Virus record (IMG/VR): IMGVR_UViG_3300032322_001765
Span: 1 to 64,000 of that record
DNA: 64,000 bases
Strand: one strand, 5' to 3'
Below are positions 15,685-26,131 of the stretch, in pieces. The notes beneath the pieces are model-generated. The model made no database searches. It was not told where the DNA came from and was given only the letters and a program-made list of their open reading frames with translations. The position numbers and the translations under genes were made by a program. Each line of letters opens with the position of its first letter. The stretch's first letter is position 1.

Positions 15685-16988
15685 ATATTTTTATACCAAA
15701 TTAAAATATCTTTGTTTCTTGATAATATTGAAAGTAACATATCATTTTCGTTTCTGTGTAAGTCGATTTTGTTAAACCTACGCTTTCCAGCTTTTAAACC
15801 ATTTACATGGTCGCTATACTTTTCGTCAAATGTTTGCCGATACTTCATATCATTAAATGTTTCACTATAAACCTTTGTTAAATGGTTACCTTTTATATTT
15901 TCGTATTCTATAAGGTCATCTAACATCGGGTCTAAAATTCTATGGGGCACACACATGGGACTCATTAATACACTTGATTCAAAATCGAAAGTTATTTTTA
16001 CATAAGATTTTACATTAAGTTGAACCGCTAAATCAATCATGTTTTTCATATCTAGCATTCCAGGGAGGGTCAATGTCACATCTAACACCATTGCATCCAT
16101 ACCATATATGTCATTTAAAAATAATCCCTTTTTAAAATTAGTTAACCATTCATTATATTTTAGACCAGATCGAATATACTCCGCAACTTCACCCGTAGCA
16201 TCCATACTAGCACATATATTAACTTTTTTGAAATTAGGAAGTAAATCATATAGGTTTTGATTTTTGTATGATACACGACTTAGATTAGTATTATATCTAA
16301 CAACAACGTTTTTACTATGTCCTGATTCAACCAAATATTTCATAACTTCCCAATGTATATCATACATTAGTGGCTCTCCACCGACCCAATAAATTTCTTC
16401 AATAGTATTATTTTTTACAGCTTCCCATAGTTCACTTTCAACGACTGTAGTTTGAAAATTTTCAATTTGATTTTTATTTTCATGTACCATCCATCTGTCG
16501 ACCGACGGGTTCCACATGTTTAAAATTCTTTTTTCACTTTCCCAAGAACTTGACAATTGCTCCCCACACATTCTGCATTTAAAATTACAAAGGTTATGTA
16601 TTCTATAATCAAACGAAATTGGTTTCATTGTGGTATGACCAGTTTCATCTGTTGAACTTAATATTTCATCAATTTTATGTGGGAATAAATTTTCGGTAAA
16701 ATACTGTCGATAGGTATATAAATTCAATATATTATTATTACAGACTTGACATTCAGGAATGTTTTCTCCATTAAGTATTCTACGACGAACACTACGCATA
16801 TGTTCGCTATTCCAATGTTCTTCCAGTGTCGTTGGTTTATACTCGTTACTATCAGAACCTTCGCTATCAATATATTGTTTTTGCCAACTAGCCTGTTCAC
16901 GACTAGCACAGCATAATCTACGTTCGCTTTGTGGGCTTATGTAAGTATGTGTCCATGGTGCAACACAAAATGTCTTTTTATCAATCAT
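15681..16988 (-). CDS. Radical SAM protein with N-terminal Twitch-type domain
   Basis: CNFKCRMC, VGGEP, and N-terminal CVAPW...LCC...CQVC. Confidence 0.9.
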   Translation of the reverse strand: MIDKKTFCVAPWTHTYISPQSERRLCCASREQASWQKQYIDSEGSDSNEYKPTTLEEHWNSEHMRSVRRRILNGENIPECQVCNNNILNLYTYRQYFTENLFPHKIDEILSSTDETGHTTMKPISFDYRIHNLCNFKCRMCGEQLSSSWESEKRILNMWNPSVDRWMVHENKNQIENFQTTVVESELWEAVKNNTIEEIYWVGGEPLMYDIHWEVMKYLVESGHSKNVVVRYNTNLSRVSYKNQNLYDLLPNFKKVNICASMDATGEVAEYIRSGLKYNEWLTNFKKGLFLNDIYGMDAMVLDVTLTLPGMLDMKNMIDLAVQLNVKSYVKITFDFESSVLMSPMCVPHRILDPMLDDLIEYENIKGNHLTKVYSETFNDMKYRQTFDEKYSDHVNGLKAGKRRFNKIDLHRNENDMLLSILSRNKDILIWYKNI

Positions 16989-18408
16989 ATGTTGCTAATG
17001 GCTCATCTATATTTGTACCATCACCGCTATTCAATGGTTGGTAGGGTAATACTGTGGTTTCAATTGATTCTATCCAATCTGTTAAAATTTTAGGAAACAC
17101 ACTTAACGATTTGTTTCTACGTTGGTCGTATTCGGCGTAGAATGTTTTAAAATCTTTCCATAATAACTCTTTATTACTTGTCCTACGATGTGGGGCGTCA
17201 ACAACTTCTAAATAGTCTATCAAACGCTCTATGCTAGCTTTTTCACTCTCATGCCACAGTGGTTTGTTTTTTGCATTTTCATACCAATTACTTAAATTAT
17301 TTCTAACGTAATCTTTAATGTGATCAGGTAATGCTAATGGACTTTGAAAGCTCGGAAAACGCAATAGATTTAAGCTAACCGTGGGGCTCTTACAGTTTGG
17401 ATCTTCTTTAAGTTCATATATCTCGTCCAAGAAGTGATGAATACTGAATAAACATAAACTGTTTATTGTCATCATAACGTGAAGGCCTTCGAGATTTGCC
17501 TCAGATGCAATACGTTTAAAATTTTTCTTCCATAGTTTATATTCTAATCCATCACGAATATATTCAGCATGTTTACCCGTAGCTTCGCATGAAGTATACA
17601 AATGAAACCTTTTTATATTTTTTGTTTTTAAAATTAATTTGTCAATGATATCCTCTTTTGCAATTAAATTACTATTAACCGCAAAGCGCATATTACTATC
17701 CTGTTTCTCGAACCAATCGAACAACTTCCAAGTATTACCGGACATGAGTGGTTCGCCACCTGTAATACGTAGTTCTTCTAAACTTTCATTAAGACCATTA
17801 TCCCACCATTCCCAAAATGCTTGCACATAAGGATTTTCACTATCATCTTTGTAAGGCTGTGCCCATGATCCGTCTTGTTGAAAGGCGCCGGCGCCATCGC
17901 TAACTAAGTTTTGATAAGGTCCTTTTTTCTTTATGTCATTCGCCCAAGTTGTACTAAAACTTGCATTGCAATAACTACAAGCCAAATTACACACTCTATC
18001 AAAACTAATTTCAAAGGTTTTCAATAATACATCATGATCCCAAGGAGTCTGATTTGTTTTTGATATATCTTCATCACTATAGATAATTGTTTTAAATGTT
18101 CTATCAGAAACTTGGTCACCACCTATATCTTCAATTTTCCAACAATATTCACACTCTCTAGGTCTTTCACCTTCGAGCATCATTTTACGCATTAATTTTT
18201 TATGGTTAGTATTGTGTATAGCCGAAACATTTACTTTAACTTCTTCTATAGGAATTCTGTGAGCCGGCGGGTGATGACAGCTTGCAGTTGTACCAGACCC
18301 CAACCAAGTAGTTGCATTGTACCATTTTGCTGCACAATAACTTGGACTAATTTTATTGATTACTCTATTTCTATAGTCTGTCAAACTCTCATCAGGTTTT
18401 TTAGGCAT
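16981..18408 (-). CDS. Radical SAM protein with N-terminal Twitch-type domain (SCHH subtype)
   Basis: CNLACSYC, TGGEP, and N-terminal CAAKW...SCHHP...CEYCW. Confidence 0.9.
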   Translation of the reverse strand: MPKKPDESLTDYRNRVINKISPSYCAAKWYNATTWLGSGTTASCHHPPAHRIPIEEVKVNVSAIHNTNHKKLMRKMMLEGERPRECEYCWKIEDIGGDQVSDRTFKTIIYSDEDISKTNQTPWDHDVLLKTFEISFDRVCNLACSYCNASFSTTWANDIKKKGPYQNLVSDGAGAFQQDGSWAQPYKDDSENPYVQAFWEWWDNGLNESLEELRITGGEPLMSGNTWKLFDWFEKQDSNMRFAVNSNLIAKEDIIDKLILKTKNIKRFHLYTSCEATGKHAEYIRDGLEYKLWKKNFKRIASEANLEGLHVMMTINSLCLFSIHHFLDEIYELKEDPNCKSPTVSLNLLRFPSFQSPLALPDHIKDYVRNNLSNWYENAKNKPLWHESEKASIERLIDYLEVVDAPHRRTSNKELLWKDFKTFYAEYDQRRNKSLSVFPKILTDWIESIETTVLPYQPLNSGDGTNIDEPLATYD

Positions 18409-19771
18409 TTAATTCTTTCCAAAAGTTTTCATATTGGGGAAACGTACTTATAAAGTCTGTACCTCTCCGTAAATCGTATTCATTTATAAACTTCACAAAA
18501 TCTTCTTGTAAATCTATTCTTGTTTCATTGTTTGTAAGGTAATCGCAAAATCTTTTGATTTGATCCCATTCCTCAAGATACAGTCTTGCGTGTTCAGCTT
18601 TGATATAGTATTTTAGTAATAATTCTGACTTTGCTAAAATATCTTTGGCAAAATGCTCTCTTACATCTTTCGGAAGAATAAGGACATTTAAATGGGGAGG
18701 CCAACGTAGATAATTTATACTTACAGGAACTCTATTATTTGCACTCGTTAAATTAAATTCTTTTCGTAATTCAATAACCAAATCTAAAAAATCAGTAGTA
18801 GTTGGTAAACTTAGCACATTCATTGTGGTCATAATACTCACTGTAGAATCTGTATTACTTAAAATTTTTCTAACGTTATCTATCCATTTGTTGTAATTTA
18901 ATCCATATCTGCTGTATTCTGCTTGTTCACCTATCGATTCCAAACTTGTATAAATATCCACTCGTTTAACAGAATTGGATAGTTTATTAATTGTTTCTAT
19001 AAAATTATCTATCAATTTATCGTCTACACATAAATTAGAATTAATTGCTAATTCTAAGTTTGGTTTGGGATTATCGATAAGGTACGATAAAGTTTTTTGT
19101 ACATCTTTACTTAACAGCGGTTCACCACCTGTAATTCTAAACACTCGTAAATCGTCAATAATAGTAGGAAAATATTTATGGAAAGTATTTACATATGGAT
19201 TATCGTCACTATGCTTGTAAGGAAAACGTCCTACTTGTTTTAACCAATCTAGATTATGATTACTATTAAATGTAGGATAGGGCCCATGTCTTTCAATTTC
19301 TTCCATCCACTTGCTCGACACCTCAGGACTGCAATAACTACATTTAAAATTACACACATTACTGAATGAAACTTCTAAATAAGCAGGATTTATATCAGCA
19401 TATGGATCGCTACGTGCGACTTCATCTATTCTGTCCCACGCCCAATAATCTGCTGTTTTATAATGTCTATCACTAAAGTAAGATTTATCCAAATCTTCTA
19501 CGTTCCAACAATAGTCGCATTCTTGAGGTCGTTCGCCTTTTAACATTTTAACACGTTGTTCTTTTTTATAAGAACTGTTATGCAAGCTTGCTGGATTTTG
19601 TAATTCGCTTAATTGAATTTTATGTGGGCTGGGATGATGACAACTATGGTTATAACCATTTTGTAAATTTAAAGTTGTTTGCAACCACTTGGCACTACAA
19701 AAACTAGAACTAATATTGTTAATTTTTATAACTTTTTGTTTTAATTCCTCAATTCTCTGTTCGTTGCTCAT
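18401..19771 (-). CDS. Radical SAM protein with N-terminal Twitch-type domain (SCHH subtype)
   Basis: CNFKCSYC, TGGEP, and N-terminal CSAKW...SCHHP...CDYCW. The TAATG overlap supports a start at 19771. Confidence 0.9.
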   Translation of the reverse strand: MSNEQRIEELKQKVIKINNISSSFCSAKWLQTTLNLQNGYNHSCHHPSPHKIQLSELQNPASLHNSSYKKEQRVKMLKGERPQECDYCWNVEDLDKSYFSDRHYKTADYWAWDRIDEVARSDPYADINPAYLEVSFSNVCNFKCSYCSPEVSSKWMEEIERHGPYPTFNSNHNLDWLKQVGRFPYKHSDDNPYVNTFHKYFPTIIDDLRVFRITGGEPLLSKDVQKTLSYLIDNPKPNLELAINSNLCVDDKLIDNFIETINKLSNSVKRVDIYTSLESIGEQAEYSRYGLNYNKWIDNVRKILSNTDSTVSIMTTMNVLSLPTTTDFLDLVIELRKEFNLTSANNRVPVSINYLRWPPHLNVLILPKDVREHFAKDILAKSELLLKYYIKAEHARLYLEEWDQIKRFCDYLTNNETRIDLQEDFVKFINEYDLRRGTDFISTFPQYENFWKELNA

Positions 19772-20718
19772 TACCACCCTTCTATTTTTCTGATTACATC
19801 TATCTCTTTTACTAATGGTCCTAAATTATGTCTATCACTTTTATAATGCCTTTTAAAAAATTTACTTTGTTCAGAACTTAACATACATATTGGTAATCCT
19901 AATTTAGTATCAAGTAAATTTCCTATTCTGTCAATTTCATCTAATAAATTAACTTTTTCATGTTCTTCCCAAAGCTTTTCAAAATTATCAAACCATTGTA
20001 CTTCATTTGAATTCCAATCAGTGAGCATAGTCATGTACGTTCCTAATCTTGCACCATAAATACCCCATAAACCATTCTCAACGTCTGCACCTACATTATG
20101 CCAAATAGTTAAGTTATCAAGGTTTCTACTTACTACGCTTCGTTGAAAATCGTTTATGTTTGGTTTTGTTCCATTAATTAAACACATTTTCACTCCTTCT
20201 CTGAAACCTGCACGCCAAGCCTGAAATGGTCTGTAGTTAGGATAAGTAGTGCTATAACAATCGTTCATGCTCCAGTATAACCCATTTGTATAATCTAAAC
20301 AAAAATCTACTGTAGTGATATTATTGCCGTCACTTGCCTCATGAGTTTTCATATTTTCTACATAGGTTTTAGTCCAACTACTTATACCGCCGTTTCCATA
20401 TTGTAAGCCATTGATTATATTTTTTGCTTTCCAACGATACTGTGCTTTTTGATAACTTTCATCTTTGTCTGTAAAATCTAGTGTTAAATTAAAAAACTCA
20501 AAATTAGGTAAATTATCTCCGTCAATTAATATAAAACGTTCAGTATCACTTTCTTCTGCTGCGGCTTTATGTGCTGCGTCACTTCCTTTAACACCGTCTA
20601 CTCTACGTGCCCATGGTACCATGTTTTTAATTTTAACCCAAAATTCTTCTTTTTGTGGCTCATCATAACTTAAATAAATGCAATCTAAGTCTGCTATATC
20701 AACTTTATCATAACTCAT
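19771..20718 (-). CDS. GT-A-like glycosyltransferase
   Basis: YLSYDEP...VDGVKG..AAH..AA...FILIDGDN (DxD motif), NGLQYGNGG, WRAGFREGVK. Confidence 0.6.
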   Translation of the reverse strand: MSYDKVDIADLDCIYLSYDEPQKEEFWVKIKNMVPWARRVDGVKGSDAAHKAAAEESDTERFILIDGDNLPNFEFFNLTLDFTDKDESYQKAQYRWKAKNIINGLQYGNGGISSWTKTYVENMKTHEASDGNNITTVDFCLDYTNGLYWSMNDCYSTTYPNYRPFQAWRAGFREGVKMCLINGTKPNINDFQRSVVSRNLDNLTIWHNVGADVENGLWGIYGARLGTYMTMLTDWNSNEVQWFDNFEKLWEEHEKVNLLDEIDRIGNLLDTKLGLPICMLSSEQSKFFKRHYKSDRHNLGPLVKEIDVIRKIEGW

Positions 20719-20998
20719 ATATTTTTGCTTCCCATCTACAAACTTTACCTAAATAATCTTCATCCACAAGTATTGCATTATCTTCATATGCGCATCTTAC
20801 ACCATTGACATTTGGTACTACTTTAATAAAATTTATTTTACCTGCAAGCTTGACTATTTTTTGTTCGACGATTCGTATATCAAATCTACACTCTGCATAA
20901 GTTTGAGCATCGACCACTATATAATTTCCAGGCAAATCCTCACAAGTATAGAATAATACATCTCCGTTTTCATCGTAATATAATCTAAACTCTACCAT
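20708..20998 (-). CDS. Hypothetical protein
   Basis: Overlaps both neighbours in the coupled cluster. Confidence 0.7.
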   Translation of the reverse strand: MVEFRLYYDENGDVLFYTCEDLPGNYIVVDAQTYAECRFDIRIVEQKIVKLAGKINFIKVVPNVNGVRCAYEDNAILVDEDYLGKVCRWEAKIYEL

Positions 20999-21785
20999 AT
21001 TCTTCCTTTACAATCTTAGCAAAATCTTTATTATGATAGTGGAAAATATAAGTCTGTGGTATTTTTTGAATTCGAATTGGGTGAGTTAATTCATAAACTA
21101 ACTCTCGCTTCCAATCATCAGTAATCAAATTATTTACATATTGTTTCATATGAACGAAACTAAATCCATCGACGCAGGGCATAGTTGTATTTTCTACTCC
21201 CATAATATGACAAACTATACTATAAACCCAATCCGTAGTTGGTAACTCATCTACATTGCATTTAAATTTTTTAATTATATCATACCAATTTTCAAAAACA
21301 AACCGCACATTCTTAAAAAATAGTTCAGCAAATGGTGACTTTTTAAAATATGTTACTGCATTATAAACGTCGGGCAAATTATTATCATCAATAAACTTTC
21401 TGTAAAATCTTACATCACTTATTTGTTGTTTATAATCTCTTATGGTTGTACAAACACAAACATCCTTTAAACTCAACACATCAAATAGATAATCAATATC
21501 AGTGTTGACTATCATATCCGCTTCTAGTTTTATTGTATGATCATATGGGCTGGCTTCATAGACCTGCCAATCATTAACCAACTTCCATGCACTATTTGGT
21601 TCTAAGTCCCCGTATGGCAATTCGATAACATTGTCAAATGCAGCACACATACTTACGTCATTACTTAATAATGTTATGTTTGCTTTTGGATTTGCTTTTT
21701 TTAAACTCAAAGCAAGTGCGTCTGCACAATCAATATAATTTGTTTCTTTCGTATTTTGTGCTAAAACAAGATAACCTTTCGTCAT
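20985..21785 (-). CDS. GT-A-like sugar transferase paralogue (GT8/GT71-like)
   Basis: GYLVLA...SPYDHTIKLEADM (EAD at the DxD position). Paralogue of 21782-22579. Confidence 0.6.
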   Translation of the reverse strand: MTKGYLVLAQNTKETNYIDCADALALSLKKANPKANITLLSNDVSMCAAFDNVIELPYGDLEPNSAWKLVNDWQVYEASPYDHTIKLEADMIVNTDIDYLFDVLSLKDVCVCTTIRDYKQQISDVRFYRKFIDDNNLPDVYNAVTYFKKSPFAELFFKNVRFVFENWYDIIKKFKCNVDELPTTDWVYSIVCHIMGVENTTMPCVDGFSFVHMKQYVNNLITDDWKRELVYELTHPIRIQKIPQTYIFHYHNKDFAKIVKEEYGRV

Positions 21786-22579
21786 ACTATTTCCATAAAG
21801 TTTTGTTTATTAAGACAATGAAAATCCATATCTTTAACTATGATATAATTCTTTTTTATTTTTTCTTTATGAATTTTTTCTCTGTATATTTTATATTCTG
21901 TATTGTAAAGCTCTTGTCCAACTCTTTCGATTTTTAATTCTTTGTCTACATGTACAAGATTCCATGGCATATGGCATTCGGGATCATCTAAATGTCCATT
22001 AATAATTCTGTGCGCAATAGTTAGTGCATAGTCATTTCGATACATAAGACTGTACATTCCATATAATTCCGCATAATATCTATAGTTATGTTGAATCATT
22101 TTAATACATTCAAATAACTGTTTTGTTTTGTTCGTTTTTTTGAAAACAATAATTGTAGCCCACATCGTAGGGTAAGATATTGGGCTAATTAATTCATTTT
22201 CTATATTCTCCATTAAAAATTTTATGTTATTCGGAACGACATAATCAGTGCATATATTAAACAGTAAGTTAAGCGAATCACTATTAATTAAATAATCTGT
22301 ATCTAATAATAATGTTTCATCATACGGCGTTAAGTCGTATGCTTGATATCTACCTTTGTTAATCCAAACCGTTTTATTCTTTTTATTACTTTTATCAGAA
22401 TCAACTATAAAAACATTATCAAATTTATAATCATATTTCGCTATATCAGTATTAATATCTGTAACTACACTAGATTTTAAACCTAAAAAATGTTCCGCAC
22501 GTTTTGCGGTTGCGATAGCCATTTTAAAATAGTCAACACTATCAGTGTTGAACGCAAATAATAGAATGCCTCTGCTCAT
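21782..22579 (-). CDS. GT-A-like sugar transferase (GT8/GT71-like)
   Basis: GILLFA...TPYDETLLLDTDY (DxD) and YRNDYA. Confidence 0.65.
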   Translation of the reverse strand: MSRGILLFAFNTDSVDYFKMAIATAKRAEHFLGLKSSVVTDINTDIAKYDYKFDNVFIVDSDKSNKKNKTVWINKGRYQAYDLTPYDETLLLDTDYLINSDSLNLLFNICTDYVVPNNIKFLMENIENELISPISYPTMWATIIVFKKTNKTKQLFECIKMIQHNYRYYAELYGMYSLMYRNDYALTIAHRIINGHLDDPECHMPWNLVHVDKELKIERVGQELYNTEYKIYREKIHKEKIKKNYIIVKDMDFHCLNKQNFMEIV

Positions 22580-22881
22580 CTATTATTTTTTAATAATGAA
22601 TGTTCTTCATACCATTGAGTAATTATATTGTTATAATTCTCTTTTGCTTTATCTAAGAGTTGTTTCCTGTTTACTTTAATTGGGTTTTCATAATTATCTA
22701 ATAAAATAATTGTCTCCTCATCGATTCCATTAAGTTCAGAAATAAAATTTAAAGAACTTACCCATAATCCTCCTTGGTCAGCAAAAATCATCTTGCTTTG
22801 ATATTTTTCTTTGAGTTGATTTTTTTGAGAAATAAAATCGAATCTAATCTTAGACTCAACCAAAAGATTTTCCACGTTCAT
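22576..22881 (-). CDS. Hypothetical protein (possible fibre-assembly-type)
   Basis: AGGAG RBS before ATG 22881. ATGA coupling to the downstream GT. Confidence 0.65.
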   Translation of the reverse strand: MNVENLLVESKIRFDFISQKNQLKEKYQSKMIFADQGGLWVSSLNFISELNGIDEETIILLDNYENPIKVNRKQLLDKAKENYNNIITQWYEEHSLLKNNR

Positions 22882-22924
22882 AAACACTCTCCTAAGAGTA
22901 TTTACTAGGTATAATTTTGTTTAT

Positions 22925-23935
22925 TTAATTTCCGACAACTAAAGATTGGACATTAACAGAACCCCAAGTATTTGTTAACACACCACCTGAGGCTACGCTC
23001 TTAGGGTATCTAACAACTAAGGTTGTTGTTGAATTATTGACTGGACCCGTATTGTTTCCTGCTGCTATACTAAAACTGTTAGGATCTTGATCCCACACAC
23101 ATGTTACAGTTAATATAGAACCTATGTCACCATTAGTACCTTGAGTGCCGTTTGTTTTAGCAAACACCGAAATATTGGTTCCTGAATAAAACCCGATATC
23201 TGATACAATACCTGTAATAGTTGGATACATTCTAAATAATTGCCTATCTGATGTTGATAAACTATAGTATCCAATTGATGTATTAAGAATTTGTGGGGTT
23301 CCGGTACCACCTATTCTTGTAAAACCGTTGTATGTTGTTCCGGCAATTTTAGCTGTAGAAGTTCCTGTAGGGGCACTTAAAACCAAAGTTCCAATAGAAT
23401 TAGCTAAAGAATTAAATAGGATATCTGCTTTTGATGTTGTTGCTGCGTGGGTGAAATTTAATACTATCTGTCCGCCCGCATTAAAAAAATATCTAGCTTT
23501 ATCACCTGATTCAAATGTGCAAATAAAGGTAAAGGTGATTTTGTCACTCCAATTTGATGTTGTAAATCGTGTTGTAGTTGTTTCTGTTATGCCCTGAGCC
23601 AAAGCATAGTGTTTATTGTTTTCTATTTGTGCTAAGCCTGTTGTTACTGCACTAAGATATGTGATAACATTGTTATCGACCGGTGGGGTAAGAGGATTAA
23701 CTAAAGACACTCCTTGATGCGAGGCTATGGTATTAATATTGTTTATTAAATTAGCCCAATTTTCACTTTCAATTAGAACGTTTTGATTTACTGATGTAAG
23801 TGCAGGTTGACCGTAACCCGAATCACGCAAACCTGTCGCAAAAATTTCGTTTAAATTAGGATTGGTAGTTGCTTGTGTGCCAATTAAGGTGTTGTAATCA
23901 ATGGCTTGTATTAAGCCACCAGCTTGATAAGTCAT
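22925..23935 (-). CDS. Virion structural protein (paralogue of 23937-24890)
   Basis: Shared MTY..GLI.A.D.N, W..LIN and ARYFFNAGGQI motifs. Thr/Gly-rich. Confidence 0.7.
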   Translation of the reverse strand: MTYQAGGLIQAIDYNTLIGTQATTNPNLNEIFATGLRDSGYGQPALTSVNQNVLIESENWANLINNINTIASHQGVSLVNPLTPPVDNNVITYLSAVTTGLAQIENNKHYALAQGITETTTTRFTTSNWSDKITFTFICTFESGDKARYFFNAGGQIVLNFTHAATTSKADILFNSLANSIGTLVLSAPTGTSTAKIAGTTYNGFTRIGGTGTPQILNTSIGYYSLSTSDRQLFRMYPTITGIVSDIGFYSGTNISVFAKTNGTQGTNGDIGSILTVTCVWDQDPNSFSIAAGNNTGPVNNSTTTLVVRYPKSVASGGVLTNTWGSVNVQSLVVGN

Positions 23936-23936
23936 A

Positions 23937-24890
23937 TTAACTACCCGTTACTGAACCTGTTACAGAAATACTTCCCCAAGTGTTAGATAAGTAGCTTATT
24001 GACGGAGGTCTTATAGTACAAGTTGTGGTTGAACCTGACGTTAACCCAAGAGTTGAGCCTCCGTTAGGATCTTCATCCCACAATGTTGTAATTGTTAATA
24101 CACTGCCGGATCCTGGAAGGGCATTTAGTCTTAAATTTACAGAAATAAATGTTCCTGTATATGCTGACGGTGTTCCTGTTCCTAGCTGTCTGTACACTTC
24201 TTGGTTAGTAGTTGTCAATGCATAAAAACCGGTATTCGCCGACAACGTGGCCGGTGTTCCAGAGCCACCAATTTTAGTAATACCATTATAAGTTGTACCT
24301 GCAATTGTGCAGCTGCCCGAATTTATACCACTAATAACCAATGTACCCATTGCAGTTGCTAAATTACTTAGTAAAGCATTTACACCTGTTCCAGTAGGAT
24401 GAGCGAAAGTTAATGCTATTTGTCCTCCTGCATTGAAAAAATACCTAGCTTCCGCCGCACCAGCAAACGTTACTGAATGAGTAAAAGTTATCGCTGAACT
24501 CCAAGCTGTTGAATTGGTTGTTGCAGTTGGAGAAGATGTTCCTTGTGCAACAGCACTAAATCTAGAATTGTAAATATTTTGTAGATTTGTAGATATTGCA
24601 TTAATTACCTCTATTCTATCTCCTTGGCTAGGGGCAGTAATTGAAGTAATTGCTGTTCCTTGGTGACTGGCTACAGTTTGTGTAGTATTAATTAAATTTG
24701 CCCAATCCGTATGTGAGACCAAAGTGAAGGCCTCTACGTTAGGGACACCAGTTTGTCCATAGCCGGCGTTGCCTATCCCTAAACCCCATACAGTATTTAA
24801 AGTATTAGTTGTTGAAATTCCACTGGTAGCATTACCGACAAACGTATTAAAATCTGCTGCTTCAATCAGCCCAAAGCTAGAATATGTCAT
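23937..24890 (-). CDS. Virion structural protein
   Basis: Same motifs as above. AAGGTG RBS. Located in the tail module. Confidence 0.7.
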   Translation of the reverse strand: MTYSSFGLIEAADFNTFVGNATSGISTTNTLNTVWGLGIGNAGYGQTGVPNVEAFTLVSHTDWANLINTTQTVASHQGTAITSITAPSQGDRIEVINAISTNLQNIYNSRFSAVAQGTSSPTATTNSTAWSSAITFTHSVTFAGAAEARYFFNAGGQIALTFAHPTGTGVNALLSNLATAMGTLVISGINSGSCTIAGTTYNGITKIGGSGTPATLSANTGFYALTTTNQEVYRQLGTGTPSAYTGTFISVNLRLNALPGSGSVLTITTLWDEDPNGGSTLGLTSGSTTTCTIRPPSISYLSNTWGSISVTGSVTGS

Positions 24891-24899
24891 ATGTCACCT

Positions 24900-26111
24900 T
24901 TAACTAATTATAACAACTGCTTCGATGACACCTTCACCATCATCATTTTTGTCGGTCAACGCTCTACCAATTGTGTTAAATGGCGTTATTTCGTCCTTTG
25001 CTCCTGCTCTTGCTAACCCATTGCCTGCACTCACTAGTCTGTCGCCTTTAGTAATCTTACCAATAACATTGACAGTAACACGACCAGCTAAAGCTACTGC
25101 AGGGTGAGTAGAATCATCACCTGCCATACTATTCATCAAATACGCGGCGCTGTTACTAATTACACCAAAAACATGTTCACTCAAGTCTTCCTTAACTGCG
25201 GTAATTTCTTTTTCACCACCTAATTCAACTACGGTTCCTACGCCATATGGTTGATCCGATTCATATCTTTCTGCTAAGTCAGCATAAGTTGCTTGTATTC
25301 TTGCACCGGAAGCCAATGTCCAAACGTTTGCAATAGTGCCGCCGCCCGCAATATATGTTGTCGTTACTCTTGTTGGGGCAATATTTCCTGTAAACTGAGA
25401 AACACTATTAGCTCCGGTTAAGTAATCAGAAACATTAGCATTAGTATATGTACCGCTCGGATTAAATGGTGCTCCGTTACCAAGCATATAATTATCACAT
25501 TTAATACCAAAAGTAGCTGAACTAAATGCAATATTTCCGTTTCCTAAAACAATACCATTTGCACTTGTATTACCATTAACCGTCCAAACACCCGTTAAAG
25601 TACCAGCAGTTGTTGAGCTTCCTGTAGTTATTACTTGAGTTCTTAGTGTTGCAATATTAGCAGTGGTGCTTACGTTTGCATTTGCTGTTGTTAGATTTGC
25701 TGCGATTGTTGCAAAATTTACTGTTATGGAGTTACCAGAAATAGCATTGTTTACTGATAAATTATTTGCGAGTACATTACCTGTGACATTAACATTTCCT
25801 AAAGTAGTATCACCTGCACTTGTAGCTGATGTTAAAATAACCCAGTTGCTAGCAGTTGTTGTGTTATCCGCAGGACAAACTCTTAATGTTCCGTCAGTTG
25901 TATTGTACCATAGCTGACCTCTAATGGGGTTCGCAGGAACGCTGTCATCAGCAAAATTTTCTAGCATCCTAACAAAGTTAGTATCTAAAATTTGTCCATA
26001 ACTAGCTTGATTTCTGCCGGGTAGGCTCAAACTAGTACTCGTTGTATTAACAGTACCATCTTGAATGGTAGTTAATACACTTCCGTCGCTTCTAATAATT
26101 GTATATGCCAT
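24900..26111 (-). CDS. Tail fibre with C-terminal intramolecular-chaperone (peptidase G2-like) domain
   Basis: N-terminal MAYTI..DG...G.NYGQ...NF..MLENFA...P..GQLWY baseplate-attachment motif. C-terminal ADLAERY...GTVV...GVIS...VALAGRV...KGD.LV. Confidence 0.7.
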   Translation of the reverse strand: MAYTIIRSDGSVLTTIQDGTVNTTSTSLSLPGRNQASYGQILDTNFVRMLENFADDSVPANPIRGQLWYNTTDGTLRVCPADNTTTASNWVILTSATSAGDTTLGNVNVTGNVLANNLSVNNAISGNSITVNFATIAANLTTANANVSTTANIATLRTQVITTGSSTTAGTLTGVWTVNGNTSANGIVLGNGNIAFSSATFGIKCDNYMLGNGAPFNPSGTYTNANVSDYLTGANSVSQFTGNIAPTRVTTTYIAGGGTIANVWTLASGARIQATYADLAERYESDQPYGVGTVVELGGEKEITAVKEDLSEHVFGVISNSAAYLMNSMAGDDSTHPAVALAGRVTVNVIGKITKGDRLVSAGNGLARAGAKDEITPFNTIGRALTDKNDDGEGVIEAVVIIS

Positions 26112-26131
26112 AAGTTACTCCAGTAATATAT

